Made by a program: the position numbers and the translations under genes | IMG/VR virus record: IMGVR_UViG_3300042478_002320 | Location: 1-64,000 of that record | DNA length: 64,000 bases | Source: a virus | Strand: one strand, 5' to 3' | The notes under the pieces: generated by a model | What the model was told of the DNA's origin: nothing | Databases searched by the model: none | The model's input: only the letters and a program-made list of their open reading frames with translations | Part shown: piece after piece, positions 1 through 11,353 of the stretch | Layout of the letters: every line of letters starts with the position of its first letter | Numbering within the stretch: the first letter of the stretch is position 1

Positions 1-2789
1 ACAGCTATTAAATTTCTATTTTCATCATATAATCCAATAGTAGTTATGTATGTAGTAGGTCTACTTATAAAATTAGTATTTATAACAGCAGTATTATCTA
101 AAATTTGGGAAGATGCTATCTGATTACTACCAACTCCATACTTTAATATATCAATACCATCTGTATTGTATATACTTGGATTATTTGAATAGTTAAATTC
201 TTTGTTCTTTACATGTATATAGTAGTAAAAAGATAACTCCTCTTTAGTAGATCTTGCCTTCATACCTAATTTATCCCCACTTATATCTGTGTATAAAGCA
301 GCACCTGAAATAGCTGTAAATAGTTTTAATTGATTCTTACCATCTATTTCACGAGTAGTTACAGTACCTAATGATGCAGATACATCAAGTTTATTAGCAT
401 CGAGTAATACTAATCCTAAACTTGGATACAGTTTGCCAAAATAATGAGGATTATTGCTATTGTAGACTCCATCTTCTATAGAACCTGATACTATATTATA
501 TTCTAATGGAGCTGATGGTGTTGCTCTACTCGGATTATTGTTTATTTTATAATCTGATATTAAACGTAAAACTTTGCCTCTACCCCCCAATCTAACATTA
601 GATCCCGTATGATATCTCATATTAGAACTACTTATAAATTCAGATCCTGATAAATGTGCTATGTTTAATTCTAAAGCATTATAATCAGCTCTTGTATCTC
701 TTCTGTCTTTCTGATAAGAAATAGCATAGAAATGCTTTGTAGGAGTACCTGATAGATTTATGGTATTGGAAGTATTTCCTACGATTATACTTCGGTACTG
801 TCCAAATATGGCTCTTGTAGGGGTATCGTTGTACTGACCTCCCTCATCATTTGATCCTGAACCTTCAGAGTGACCATAAGCTAAACTAAATTGTATAGAA
901 GATGTAGGATGGGCTATTCGTTCATGGTATACATGCGTATAGAAATTATCTAAAGAGTCTGATATACTTGATTTATAATATGATACCATATTAGCTATAC
1001 CATTTGAAAACATTCCTCTTGTTATAACAGAGTTATATTTCATTTGATCTATAGAATCTATTTTTTTTAACCAATAATTTGTTGGTAATGCTACTCCTGT
1101 GTAAGTCTCACTTATTTTTAGAGTGTCGCAAAGTCCTATGGTTATAGTTCTTTGTTTAGGAGTGATAAATATCATCCCCGCAACTTTTATAGGTTCGAAG
1201 TATAGGGTGTACTCTCCCGACTCTAATTGATAATCATTCACCGAACCTTCCCCAATCTGACCTATATTACTTATATAAATCTTTGGATTGAAGTTAACAC
1301 CTGCTATATTAGGTGATATATTTGTAACTACCGATAAACCACCTGTTATCTTTGCAAAAGAAGGCGTAAATAAACTCTCTATCCTCGTAGTTGCAGATGA
1401 TGCTACAAATGTAAAATTATTAGGACTACCATCACTAAATGTGAAATATGGATGAGATGGTTTTCTAAACTCTACAGTATATCTACTACCTATTTGTAAA
1501 GAAACACTTGCTGTACCTCTACCTATGGATTGTCCGTTCAAGAGGATTTCCCCCGGCACGAACAATCCCGGTTTATAATCATTACTTGAACAACGGGATC
1601 TGTAAGCAGACTGTAAATCAGGAGATATTAATCCACTAAATGTTGTGTATACATTCTCAGAAACAGGAGGAGGATCTATAATAATCTCACCATCACAATC
1701 CTTTGTATACGATACAGTTAAATCCTGAGTATCAGCAACAGAATTTAATGTAAATGTTAACGGACTCGGAGTATTATAATCAGCAATACTTGGAAAATTA
1801 ATAGTATATACTCCTGCTTTTGTAAATATTTCATCAATATTCTTATTATAAGAATTTGGAAATAGTACAGTATTATTTTTACCTAAATTTACAAATCCTA
1901 AAGGTATTGTTTTTATTTGAGATGAATTAGGCGTAATTACACTCAAACTGTTAGGTAGTAGATTAGAACTTAATGATTCCTCAATATTACAATTAACAAA
2001 TTTTAGATTTACACTTATGAGACCTGCTACAGGTCTTCTATCATCTTGACAATTAGTTCTTCCCGCAACTGTTTGTAAATTATTTACAAAATTTCTACCT
2101 TCTGTAGAGGTTAATCTAACAGTATTTCCATTATATGTGTAGAATATTCCTGTATCAACTTCTGAAAAATCAACATATAATTGATTTGTTTGCGGAACTT
2201 GTGTTGTTATTATATCTCCACTACCATTACAAGATGAAAGTACATAGTATGTACTCGTTGGTAGCGGTGTTGGTGTAGGTGTTACACTTGGTATACGAGT
2301 ACTTGTTGGTGTAATTCGTATAGTAGACGTAGGTGATATAGTAACAATAGTAGGTACAGGTGTAGGTGTAGGAAGTGTGAATGTAGGAATAAAACAAGTT
2401 AACGGAGGTGCTTCTTGATTTACTGCATATCTAAAAGGTATATTATTATTTACGTAAAAACTTACTGCATTTGAAACTTCCCTTTCTAAACTATTAGGTT
2501 CTGTGCTATTATATGTAATAGGAACACTTACTGTTCTTAAATTAATTAAATTTTCACAATAGTTAATATTAACAACTGCGGTTGATAGGGGGATTGTGCC
2601 CGTACCACCCACACTACCATCTGTAGATTGACTATCTTCATCGTTATTAGAAGAACCTCCTAATAAATATGCATTCAAATCTGCCCTAAATTGAATCCTA
2701 TCGCCTTCATTAGGAAATAATTGTTGCAAATATCTTTCTCGAAGTGATTCGGGAAGTGCTAAATAATTTTCAAATAATATAGGATTCAT
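1..2789 (-). CDS. Large virion structural protein (3' end runs off window): N-terminal PT-rich/Cys module, C-terminal region paralogous to 2800..3882
   Basis: Not in ORF track. ATG at 2789 (MNPILFENYL...), frame read open to base 1. C-terminal part ...AYGHSEGSGSNDEGGQYNDTPTRAIFGQYR...YITTIGLYDENRNLIA aligns with 2800..3882. Confidence 0.85.
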   Translation of the reverse strand, partial: MNPILFENYLALPESLRERYLQQLFPNEGDRIQFRADLNAYLLGGSSNNDEDSQSTDGSVGGTGTIPLSTAVVNINYCENLINLRTVSVPITYNSTEPNSLEREVSNAVSFYVNNNIPFRYAVNQEAPPLTCFIPTFTLPTPTPVPTIVTISPTSTIRITPTSTRIPSVTPTPTPLPTSTYYVLSSCNGSGDIITTQVPQTNQLYVDFSEVDTGIFYTYNGNTVRLTSTEGRNFVNNLQTVAGRTNCQDDRRPVAGLISVNLKFVNCNIEESLSSNLLPNSLSVITPNSSQIKTIPLGFVNLGKNNTVLFPNSYNKNIDEIFTKAGVYTINFPSIADYNTPSPLTFTLNSVADTQDLTVSYTKDCDGEIIIDPPPVSENVYTTFSGLISPDLQSAYRSRCSSNDYKPGLFVPGEILLNGQSIGRGTASVSLQIGSRYTVEFRKPSHPYFTFSDGSPNNFTFVASSATTRIESLFTPSFAKITGGLSVVTNISPNIAGVNFNPKIYISNIGQIGEGSVNDYQLESGEYTLYFEPIKVAGMIFITPKQRTITIGLCDTLKISETYTGVALPTNYWLKKIDSIDQMKYNSVITRGMFSNGIANMVSYYKSSISDSLDNFYTHVYHERIAHPTSSIQFSLAYGHSEGSGSNDEGGQYNDTPTRAIFGQYRSIIVGNTSNTINLSGTPTKHFYAISYQKDRRDTRADYNALELNIAHLSGSEFISSSNMRYHTGSNVRLGGRGKVLRLISDYKINNNPSRATPSAPLEYNIVSGSIEDGVYNSNNPHYFGKLYPSLGLVLLDANKLDVSASLGTVTTREIDGKNQLKLFTAISGAALYTDISGDKLGMKARSTKEELSFYYYIHVKNKEFNYSNNPSIYNTDGIDILKYGVGSNQIASSQILDNTAVINTNFISRPTTYITTIGLYDENRNLIA

Positions 2790-2799
2790 TTAGTATTTT

Positions 2800-3882
2800 T
2801 TAATAATCTAACTTAACTTCAATTAGTGTTTCTTTTCTAAAAGATTTCTGTATAGGCTTACTTGATTTTGCTACAGCCAATAGATTTTTATTGTCATCAT
2901 ATAAACCTATAGTAGTAATATATACTTTAGGATCATTAATGAAATCTGATACGGCTAAATCTCCATCTGAACCTGTTACGAATGTAGGATTATTTGAGAA
3001 ATTAAATTGAGATGCTCTTGCTCTAACAAAGTAATGAGTAGATTTAACATATTCTTTGCTTCTTGCCGACAATCCTAAAACATCACCACTTAAATCAGTA
3101 AGTCTTGCTGCCGATCCTGACAATGATTTATACAATTTGTAAGCATTATCTCCTGCAATATCAGAACCTGTAACAGTACCGAATGATGCAGATAAGTCTA
3201 ACTTTACTCCATCTAAAACAACTACACCTAATCTTGGAAATAATTTACCATAATATTTAGGTGATGCTGAATTGAAAACTCCATTTTCAATAGAACCTGA
3301 TACAATATTATATACCTCTCCTGCTGATGTCATTGTTGCAGATGATATTTTACTATCATCTATCAATCTTAAAGCTCTTGGAGCTCCTAAAGTTACGTTA
3401 GAACCTGTGTGAGTTCTATTATGCCCCGGGCCGTTTATGAACTGAGATCCTGATAAATGATGTAGATTTATTTCAATATTACCTTCATCAATGCCATCTT
3501 TAAGTCTTGACCTATTAAAATTCAAAACATATATAAAGTTAGAATTAACTCCACTATTTGTAAATGATTTAATTCCCGCATCTAAACATAATTGTCTATA
3601 CTGAGAATATATAGCTCTTGATGGAGTATCATCCACTTGACCACCCTCACTTTCAGATCCTGAACCAAATCGATGTCCAAATGCAATAGAGAATTGAGCT
3701 TCCGCAGTTGGTGCGTTTGATGCACTATTAAACAATTCGTAGTAATACGTTTTTTGAGCTGCTGTTTGAGCAGAGGATGTGAAGAATGTAGTTAAATTAC
3801 CTACATTATTCGAGAACATTGCTCTTGTAACAGTTTCCTGTTGATTTGGAACAACATCATCAGCTTGAAATCTAACGAACAT
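2800..3882 (-). CDS. Virion structural (baseplate/tail-collar-like) protein
   Basis: 360 aa. C-terminal YITTIGLYDDNKNLLAVAK resembles tail-collar/baseplate motif; lies in structural operon. Confidence 0.65.
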   Translation of the reverse strand: MFVRFQADDVVPNQQETVTRAMFSNNVGNLTTFFTSSAQTAAQKTYYYELFNSASNAPTAEAQFSIAFGHRFGSGSESEGGQVDDTPSRAIYSQYRQLCLDAGIKSFTNSGVNSNFIYVLNFNRSRLKDGIDEGNIEINLHHLSGSQFINGPGHNRTHTGSNVTLGAPRALRLIDDSKISSATMTSAGEVYNIVSGSIENGVFNSASPKYYGKLFPRLGVVVLDGVKLDLSASFGTVTGSDIAGDNAYKLYKSLSGSAARLTDLSGDVLGLSARSKEYVKSTHYFVRARASQFNFSNNPTFVTGSDGDLAVSDFINDPKVYITTIGLYDDNKNLLAVAKSSKPIQKSFRKETLIEVKLDY

Positions 3883-3893
3883 ATTTTATATTT

Positions 3894-4580
3894 TTAAATT
3901 GTGATGTTTGCAGCAGAAGAATTAGTTTGAGTTAATCTATTAATTGTTAATTCAATAGTTACTCTGCCTCCTGTCTCATTTCCAATTATGGTTAAAGTTG
4001 CTTTTTTAGATCTAATTGTAGAGAACTTACCTGAAAGAGTAAATGACGTTCCACTTACCGATACTGTTTGTGATGATTCTAAATCACTAATAGCAAGTGG
4101 TGTACTACTCGCAGTATCTTGACCCGCTGACTGTGCAGGTGATGGTGTCACACTAACAAAAGTTGCTGCATCACTATCACTAAGTACAGCAGTGTACCCT
4201 AATGCAATGTTTCCACTTGGAAAATTCACAGTATTTGGAGTAATCGTTATTCTATCTGTTGGTGATTTAAATGTATATGAATTTTGTGCAACTGATACTA
4301 CAGGTATTCTTATAGTATTCTTAGGAAGTGTTACTAATGGGTATTTCATAACCTGAGTTTCATCAGTTACAGCTTCAGTAATTGGTAGATTTTCGATGGT
4401 TCTACCATAGTAAGCACTGCCTAAAGGGTGGTCACTATTCCATAAACTATAATCTATCTCATCATCAGCTAATGCAAAATAAGCTACTCTAAATTCATTT
4501 TGTCCTCTTGCCAACAATTCTCTACCCTTCTTAGTAAGAACTGCATCGATAACAATTGAGGAATTGTTTAAATATCCCAT
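3894..4580 (-). CDS. Conserved virion structural protein
   Basis: 228 aa. N-terminal VLTKKGRELLA..FALADDEIDY typical of baseplate/tail-collar proteins; TATTTATA upstream. Confidence 0.6.
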   Translation of the reverse strand: MGYLNNSSIVIDAVLTKKGRELLARGQNEFRVAYFALADDEIDYSLWNSDHPLGSAYYGRTIENLPITEAVTDETQVMKYPLVTLPKNTIRIPVVSVAQNSYTFKSPTDRITITPNTVNFPSGNIALGYTAVLSDSDAATFVSVTPSPAQSAGQDTASSTPLAISDLESSQTVSVSGTSFTLSGKFSTIRSKKATLTIIGNETGGRVTIELTINRLTQTNSSAANITI

Positions 4581-4596
4581 ATTTAAGTTTTTTTAT

Positions 4597-4604
4597 TATA
4601 AATA
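4597..4604 (-). promoter_or_regulatory. Putative late promoter TATTTATA (also 15292, 17506, 21538, 27914, 29315, 30993, 51303 on minus; 22474 on plus)
   Basis: Same octamer 9-21 nt upstream of ATG on the coding strand of nine late-type genes. Confidence 0.7.
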
Positions 4605-4651
4605 TACATTATACTTTAAATTATTGAACAATATGTACATTTTTTAAAATT

Positions 4652-7600
4652 TTATTGAACTATAATTTCGTTTTCATTTACAATTTTAACAGATACCACA
4701 GGGCCTCCATATACTGTTTCTGTCGAATCAATATTAATACCTGCCCCTGAAATCTTTGATCCTCTAAATCTAACTCTCATAATACTACTATCCTCTACAT
4801 ATTGATAATTAGAATATTCAATAGATGATGAGTAGTATGCTTTATATTCTTTATTTATTTTATAATTTAACTCTCTGCTGTAGTCACTTAATTTTCCTGA
4901 TATGCCTGACAGATATACAGGAGACTTCAACATATTTGGAGAAGTTTGACCTAATATAAAATTGCCCGAACTTGAGAAATGATATTTAACTTTCTTATAA
5001 AAGTTATTAATAGATGAACCACTTATGTGCTGATTTATAATTCCTCCACCATCAGGATTTCTATATATAGTATTATCCTTATTATATATTGAATATTTAT
5101 ATTTATTCAAAAATTCTCTGAATAATAATCCTGTTAGATTTCTTTCTGAACTAATGTTAGGTTGCACTGTTTTGAAATAAAATTTAAAATTAGAACTACT
5201 CAGCTGTGATTCGTTGAATTCTACAATATTTAGTGAATTATCTCTAACATAGAATGAACCTACAGCATATTCATTTTTATTTAATACATTATTTTTATAT
5301 AAATTTCTTTCAGTTACATCTGCCTCAATAGTAAATGGCTTATATACATAATCACTCGATGATTTTTGTTTCAAAACTCCATTGCTATCTTTATATGTAT
5401 AATTTATATATTGTAATATAACATCTGCATTTGATAAAGGTTGTATATTTTTAAAATAAGAATTAGTTACCTTTATGGAAGAGTTTGGAGTATTAGCACT
5501 ATTATATCTATCTAAAACTATATTAGTTTCATTATTTGACTTTATAAAATTATTATAATAATCTTTTAAACTAACTTCAGTATTCATTGATGAAACTCTA
5601 CCTACTGAATCAGTTATCAAATTACTATTTGATACATTATTATCTATAGATACTAAATTCATACTTTGAATAACTTTATATTTATTCATTTCTACTTCAA
5701 CATCTACAACTACATTACATTCTGATTTTAGCTTATCTCTTTCAAGTTCTATTTTAGGTGAATACTTTATATTAGTTTTCTCTTTGGATCTTTCAATTTC
5801 TATCTCTAAAGAATAATCAAGAACTCCTATATTATTAGGTACTAAATTAGATTCTATATCCATTACAGCACCCTTTAATAAAGTTTCTTGCTTTGGGTAA
5901 CTGACTATTGGAAACTTTCTCTCTATTTTAGATCTCTCTAATAATGATGGTTCTATTAATACACCCGTTATTAGATTTGCTCTTGCAGGTACTAATTGTT
6001 TTACTTGCTCAAATACTGAATAGTCGTATAAACTAAATATTTCTATGAATTTTCCTATGTCGTTGCTTCTCGCAAACTTTTTAAAGTACTCGTTTCGAGC
6101 ATAATCTAATGATTTATAACTGTTAGACGTAGAATCTTTAGGATCTCCTACAAAATTTTCAAAGTTATAGGCTCCAAATTGATTGGATATATCCTTATTT
6201 AATTGGTCTGTAGGTGAAAATACTATAGATAATCTATTACTATCTCTCTGTTCCTTATCATATCTACTAACAGTAGCCCTTCTATCAGGAGCTAAATTAT
6301 TATCTAATTTCGTAGATTCGAATCTAATCTTATTTGATTTAGGATTATTCGCACCTAATGAAGGAAACTGCCTGTAATGTGTTTCTACTTTTGATGTATA
6401 CTGACTTTCTTGAGTTCCTGTAAAGTTTTTGAATGTTGCAGGATTGTCACCATAAAACTTCTGATTTGGATGACTTGAACTAACATAGTAGTATACCGAA
6501 TGATTATCTCTAATATTATCTATTCCTATAGGATAGTATCTAAATAATTCATCATATGATGACGTATACGAATTAGCATTATAACTTGATGGATTTAGAA
6601 CGTGAGCATCAAAAACTCTTTTGCTATACCATCCCATATATTCTCTATAGGATTGTAAAGATCCACTAAATCTAACAGAATTACTGCCTGTAGTTCCTCC
6701 TAAAACAGCTTTATGACCACTTGGAAGTATATTAGAGGTTGCTCCTAAAGAATATAATAAAGAGTTTGGATTTGCTGATATGCTGAAACTTGAGGATATA
6801 GATATCCTATTGTCTACAAAATCACTTGATTTAGCACAATCTATATTTATAGTTCCGTTGAATGGAGAACCATTGTATACAGGATGGTTACTATACATTC
6901 TGACAGTCCAAATATCATTATCGAATAATGGCATTAAACTACTTGTAGATCTTATAGCTTTTAAATTGCCTAAAGATCCTGTCTTTACAGTGTACTTTAA
7001 ATATCCATAAGTTCTTTTACCGTATAGTGACGAAGTATAATGTACTAATTCTAAATTTTGTAGAACATTATTTCTATTTGAACTTTCTTCAACAGCCCAT
7101 AAACTCATGCTTACACTTCCTGTGTAATCTGTTCTAAATCTAAACTCTGTTGTTTGTGGAACTTTTGATATGTTATCTAATGAAGACGTATATAATCTTC
7201 TTGGAATTTCAATATACTGATTTCGTTTAAAATTCAATAAATATTGAAACTTATCTTCGGATAGTAATGGAGGATTGTCTTCATCTATTTGAGGGCCGCC
7301 ATATTCCTTTACACTAATTAAAGTAAAAGGTATTCCATATATAGAAAACAGAGCTCTTACGGATTTTGTAGATCCTTTAGTTTTAAGTAAATATGGTAGA
7401 TTATTTACAATTCTTCTCCATATTTGGTGGGTTAAATTCTCATATGATTTACTCAGCAACTCACCTGATGCTTCAGAATAACTTCCTGTTGAATCAGTTC
7501 CTAATTTATATAACCATAGATCACTTAAATTTCTCGTATTCTGAATTTTCCATCCTAAAGATTTTGCATAATATGGTAAAAGTTCATTAGGTATACCTCT

Positions 7601-9049
7601 CTCAGGATGTTCATCTCTTTGATGTATACTTGTTAACTTTTTTATAAATCCATAAGTATTATCAAAATGTTGCCCAACCATGTGTAGAAATAGAACATAT
7701 TGACTATTTCTCTCATCTCTTAGTATGTGGTCAGGTGTGTTATAATATAGGCTTGTATAATTAGTCCTATCGTATTCAGTAGCAACATTTAAATGACTAC
7801 TATACCAATTTAAATACTGAGAACTTGTTGTTGGGTAGTTTACATATCTATTATTTGCAATATATTTTGGACTCGGAACAACACTTCCCGAAATATCATA
7901 ACTAAATAAACTTCCTGTTTTTGTATAAAGAAATGACTCAAATCTATCAAAACTATCTACTATTTTCTTTATTCTCTCAGTATAATTACTTGCTGATTTT
8001 ACTGAATATAGTGAACCTGATACAGTATTATCAGCTTGTATGTACTGACTATTTAAATACTCTATTAGTTTTAACTTATAATCATAATTTTTTATGCGTT
8101 CTGCTGCTGATCCGTAGTATATAAAATTATTAAAATCAGTATAATCTATATTTAATTCTACATCTTGAGAGCCTGAGAATATCCTCCTTATTATAGAATT
8201 AGAAGTATCAGCATCTGTATCTAATAATGAATTCCAATTCTTTATATCAGTCTCATTACTTACATCAGTTTCAGAACATGTAGTATAACTTGCATTACTA
8301 AGTATTTTTACTGAATTTGGATACTTTGATAGTGCTGAATCTGTATCTAAATTGGATGATCTTACATTAAATATATCTACATAATCTTCTAATACTTTAT
8401 AAGCTATGTGACATATGTCATTCTCAACTATACTACTTAAAAGTGGAGAATATAATTTTATATATAATACTATTCTATCCCTACAATCAACTTTTATATT
8501 TACAATTGGAACTATTTTATTTTCATTAAAATTTAAAACTAAGTTAGTTAGTAAGTTTTTTACTTTTAAGCTTCCCGCAAAATTTTTAAATAACTCTACT
8601 TCAGATACTATATTAAAGTTTTTTGATATATAAGAATCTTTTACTGTTAACTTTAATTCTGTTCTGTCAGGACTTATTTCTTCTAAATAAAATGGATTAT
8701 CATCATAATTTCCCAATAAATTTACAAGAAATGACATACTAAGTTTAAAATTTCCATATAGTAGATTACTACTATCAAACACCTTGGCTATGTCAAATGT
8801 AAAATCAGAATATTTTATAGAATGTTTATATTCTGTATTATAATTAGATGATATATAATCTCCATTTGAATTATATATGTGAGCTTCTACGCTTATTGTA
8901 TACTTAGAATTTGCTTTAGGAGTAAATTCAGATAATACAGCAATATCTTGATTTAAAGTATTTATATCATTTTTAGAAAGAACAAACCCTTCCAATCTAT
9001 TCTTCGTATTTAATATTTCAGTATTGTTAGTATATCTTTCTAATGACAT
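4652..9049 (-). CDS. Large baseplate wedge protein (gp7/P2 gpI-like segment plus LamG-like region)
   Basis: 1465 aa. LLPYYAKSLGW...LPYLLKTKGSTKSVRALFSIYG segment typical of gp7/tail-I wedge proteins; baseplate context. Confidence 0.6.
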   Translation of the reverse strand: MSLERYTNNTEILNTKNRLEGFVLSKNDINTLNQDIAVLSEFTPKANSKYTISVEAHIYNSNGDYISSNYNTEYKHSIKYSDFTFDIAKVFDSSNLLYGNFKLSMSFLVNLLGNYDDNPFYLEEISPDRTELKLTVKDSYISKNFNIVSEVELFKNFAGSLKVKNLLTNLVLNFNENKIVPIVNIKVDCRDRIVLYIKLYSPLLSSIVENDICHIAYKVLEDYVDIFNVRSSNLDTDSALSKYPNSVKILSNASYTTCSETDVSNETDIKNWNSLLDTDADTSNSIIRRIFSGSQDVELNIDYTDFNNFIYYGSAAERIKNYDYKLKLIEYLNSQYIQADNTVSGSLYSVKSASNYTERIKKIVDSFDRFESFLYTKTGSLFSYDISGSVVPSPKYIANNRYVNYPTTSSQYLNWYSSHLNVATEYDRTNYTSLYYNTPDHILRDERNSQYVLFLHMVGQHFDNTYGFIKKLTSIHQRDEHPERGIPNELLPYYAKSLGWKIQNTRNLSDLWLYKLGTDSTGSYSEASGELLSKSYENLTHQIWRRIVNNLPYLLKTKGSTKSVRALFSIYGIPFTLISVKEYGGPQIDEDNPPLLSEDKFQYLLNFKRNQYIEIPRRLYTSSLDNISKVPQTTEFRFRTDYTGSVSMSLWAVEESSNRNNVLQNLELVHYTSSLYGKRTYGYLKYTVKTGSLGNLKAIRSTSSLMPLFDNDIWTVRMYSNHPVYNGSPFNGTINIDCAKSSDFVDNRISISSSFSISANPNSLLYSLGATSNILPSGHKAVLGGTTGSNSVRFSGSLQSYREYMGWYSKRVFDAHVLNPSSYNANSYTSSYDELFRYYPIGIDNIRDNHSVYYYVSSSHPNQKFYGDNPATFKNFTGTQESQYTSKVETHYRQFPSLGANNPKSNKIRFESTKLDNNLAPDRRATVSRYDKEQRDSNRLSIVFSPTDQLNKDISNQFGAYNFENFVGDPKDSTSNSYKSLDYARNEYFKKFARSNDIGKFIEIFSLYDYSVFEQVKQLVPARANLITGVLIEPSLLERSKIERKFPIVSYPKQETLLKGAVMDIESNLVPNNIGVLDYSLEIEIERSKEKTNIKYSPKIELERDKLKSECNVVVDVEVEMNKYKVIQSMNLVSIDNNVSNSNLITDSVGRVSSMNTEVSLKDYYNNFIKSNNETNIVLDRYNSANTPNSSIKVTNSYFKNIQPLSNADVILQYINYTYKDSNGVLKQKSSSDYVYKPFTIEADVTERNLYKNNVLNKNEYAVGSFYVRDNSLNIVEFNESQLSSSNFKFYFKTVQPNISSERNLTGLLFREFLNKYKYSIYNKDNTIYRNPDGGGIINQHISGSSINNFYKKVKYHFSSSGNFILGQTSPNMLKSPVYLSGISGKLSDYSRELNYKINKEYKAYYSSSIEYSNYQYVEDSSIMRVRFRGSKISGAGINIDSTETVYGGPVVSVKIVNENEIIVQ

Positions 9050-9063
9050 GTTAGTATTGTATA

Positions 9064-11352
9064 TTATCTAAAATTATCTATCCTTAACTCATTTGGCGGT
9101 AGTACATCCGAAGTATTTCCATTATCACCTGACGTTGTTCCTATGCCTACTCCTATTGTAGGAAATATTTCAGGATTTTGAGGTGTGTTGGGATCATATA
9201 AACCTCCACAAGAACAATTTTCTGATAATTGTACCGATGTTATATTTGAAGAATATGGTTTTTGAATATTAAAACATATTGAATTATTTACTTCTCTTCC
9301 TATAGAATTTGTTATTTTATTGCCATAACAATCTTCATAGAAAAATCCTGAATCATCTGTAATATATCCATCATAACACTCACAATTTACAATACCTACG
9401 GGAGATGTCGGTATTGGTGTAGGTGTAGGAGTTGGAGTAGGTCTTGGTGTAATAGGAGGTCTTGAAGTTGTTACCATAGGATTACATTCCATACATGTGC
9501 TATAACTCGCTATTACTCTTAAAGTAGGTGGTTGTGATGAAGTACCCGATGATACTGTGTAGCATTTACCATTTGACGTTTTTATAACTTCTCCACCATT
9601 GTAAGTACCTGTATATACGATTCTCTCATTTGATGTAATATTGGTTCCACATAAAAATAAATTATATGATAACTTAGATTCTGTTATAGTAGTAGGAGTA
9701 GGTTGCGGAGGTGGAGTTGTAGGATTTGCTATATCTGAATTAGAGCAGTATTGCTTTCCACTAACAATTTGGATACTTCCATTATAGGATGTAGGTTGTT
9801 GAAGTAGAGGTGGAGCACCTGTGTATGTATATATAATTCCCGTTAACGGATTTATGTATCTTTGACCAACTCCCATTGTAGGATCGATAGTTGTATATGC
9901 ATATTCAGTATTACTACATCCTGACAGCTCATAATATTTTATTAAGTTTACAGGTAAAGTTGGAGTCGGGGTAATAGGAGTCGGAGTAGTTGAAGTACCT
10001 GTACTACTACAAGAACAATTATTAGATATTTGGAATGCAACTATATTTGACGAATATGGTTTTTTAACATTGAAACATATAGGATCATTTCCTCCCACAT
10101 TTCCCAAAGTATTTGTTACTACATTTCCTAAACAATCTTCGTAGAAGAAACCTGATGCATTTACAATATATCCATCATAACATTCACAATTTACTACATC
10201 GGGTGTTAATGTTGGTCTTGCCGTAATTACAAATGTTGGTGTTGGTGTTGGTGTTAGACGAGGTATTCGAGTTGTTGTTGGTGTAATTTGTATTGTAGAT
10301 GTAGGTGATATAGTTAAAATAGTAGGCGTAGGTGTAGGTGCAGGTGTTGGACAATTTGGACATACCCCATCGTTACCATCATTACCATCATTACCATCTT
10401 TACCATCTTTACCATCTTTACCATCCTTACCTGAAGATCCTGCTGCTCCCGCTGCTCCTGCTGATCCTGCTGATCCTGCTGCTCCTGCTGCTCCTTGAAT
10501 AACATCGGGTAATTTTGGTATTTGAATTCTATCTAAAGCACTTAAATCAATTTCTAAATCAGGAGTCTTACATCCTGAATCTATTTCAAATCTCGGAATC
10601 CATTCAGATGTTCTATCTAAACATGATTCTAATACTTCAAAATAAGTAAATTCTGATTGTTCTATAACAAATACACTTTGTATGACTTTTCCCCTTTCTA
10701 TAAGCATAACTTGTAAAGTCTGCTTATTAGGTATAGGACATATACAATTTCCATTTGTAACAAAATAAATCTGTTGATCACAAGGAGAACTGACTGAAAC
10801 TCCGTTAGCTACTCTGAAGAATGTTCCTATAGGATATACTATTTCAGGATTTCCAAAATCAGTATCTACGAAATATGAAAAATCACAATCAATATTAGAA
10901 CATAATTCATTATCTAATATAATTCTCTTTTCAGGCAATATTCTATAAAAGTTTGGAATTAATTCTAATGAACTATCTTGCAACTTTTTGTAATTTAAAT
11001 TTATTACATTAGTTCCTAAATTATTTTTATCTATGAATACTTTATCCATGTAATACAAATCCTCATCAGAGTAGGTATCCCCAATATTATCATACTCTAA
11101 TATAATATTAGACGCATTCTTTTGATTTGTATTGTTTAATTTATTCCTATATTGTAAATCATTACTATAAAATGTTTCTTTTTTATATGCTATATTTTTA
11201 ATATATATGTACTTTAAATCAAAATCTAAAGAAGGCATAAGAGGCATTGGTCTATAAGATGTATCTATAGGTAGCATTGATGAATCATTGTTAGAAGCAT
11301 TTACTCCACAATTAATACAATTATCCAATATTTCCAAATTATCCTTATCCAT
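9064..11352 (-). CDS. Fibre/adhesin-like protein with collagen GXY run, Pro/Thr linkers and duplicated Cys-rich domain
   Basis: GAAGAAGSAG...GKDGKDGNDG, PTPTPT tracts, two copies of VNCECYDGYI..SGFFYEDC..ICFN..KPYSSNI..NCSC. Confidence 0.7.
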   Translation of the reverse strand: MDKDNLEILDNCINCGVNASNNDSSMLPIDTSYRPMPLMPSLDFDLKYIYIKNIAYKKETFYSNDLQYRNKLNNTNQKNASNIILEYDNIGDTYSDEDLYYMDKVFIDKNNLGTNVINLNYKKLQDSSLELIPNFYRILPEKRIILDNELCSNIDCDFSYFVDTDFGNPEIVYPIGTFFRVANGVSVSSPCDQQIYFVTNGNCICPIPNKQTLQVMLIERGKVIQSVFVIEQSEFTYFEVLESCLDRTSEWIPRFEIDSGCKTPDLEIDLSALDRIQIPKLPDVIQGAAGAAGSAGSAGAAGAAGSSGKDGKDGKDGKDGNDGNDGNDGVCPNCPTPAPTPTPTILTISPTSTIQITPTTTRIPRLTPTPTPTFVITARPTLTPDVVNCECYDGYIVNASGFFYEDCLGNVVTNTLGNVGGNDPICFNVKKPYSSNIVAFQISNNCSCSSTGTSTTPTPITPTPTLPVNLIKYYELSGCSNTEYAYTTIDPTMGVGQRYINPLTGIIYTYTGAPPLLQQPTSYNGSIQIVSGKQYCSNSDIANPTTPPPQPTPTTITESKLSYNLFLCGTNITSNERIVYTGTYNGGEVIKTSNGKCYTVSSGTSSQPPTLRVIASYSTCMECNPMVTTSRPPITPRPTPTPTPTPIPTSPVGIVNCECYDGYITDDSGFFYEDCYGNKITNSIGREVNNSICFNIQKPYSSNITSVQLSENCSCGGLYDPNTPQNPEIFPTIGVGIGTTSGDNGNTSDVLPPNELRIDNFR

Positions 11353-11353
11353 G

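Noticed and set aside
6183-8633. Short plus-strand ORFs inside the large baseplate gene (and similar ones at 13196, 14972, 16975, 18821, 30188, 32987, 34141)
   Set aside because: Antisense to long, well-supported genes; typical shadows in AT-rich DNA.
10314-10505. Alternate-frame repeat ORF (QQEQQD/MVKMVK)
   Set aside because: Frame-shifted reading of the collagen-coding repeats.
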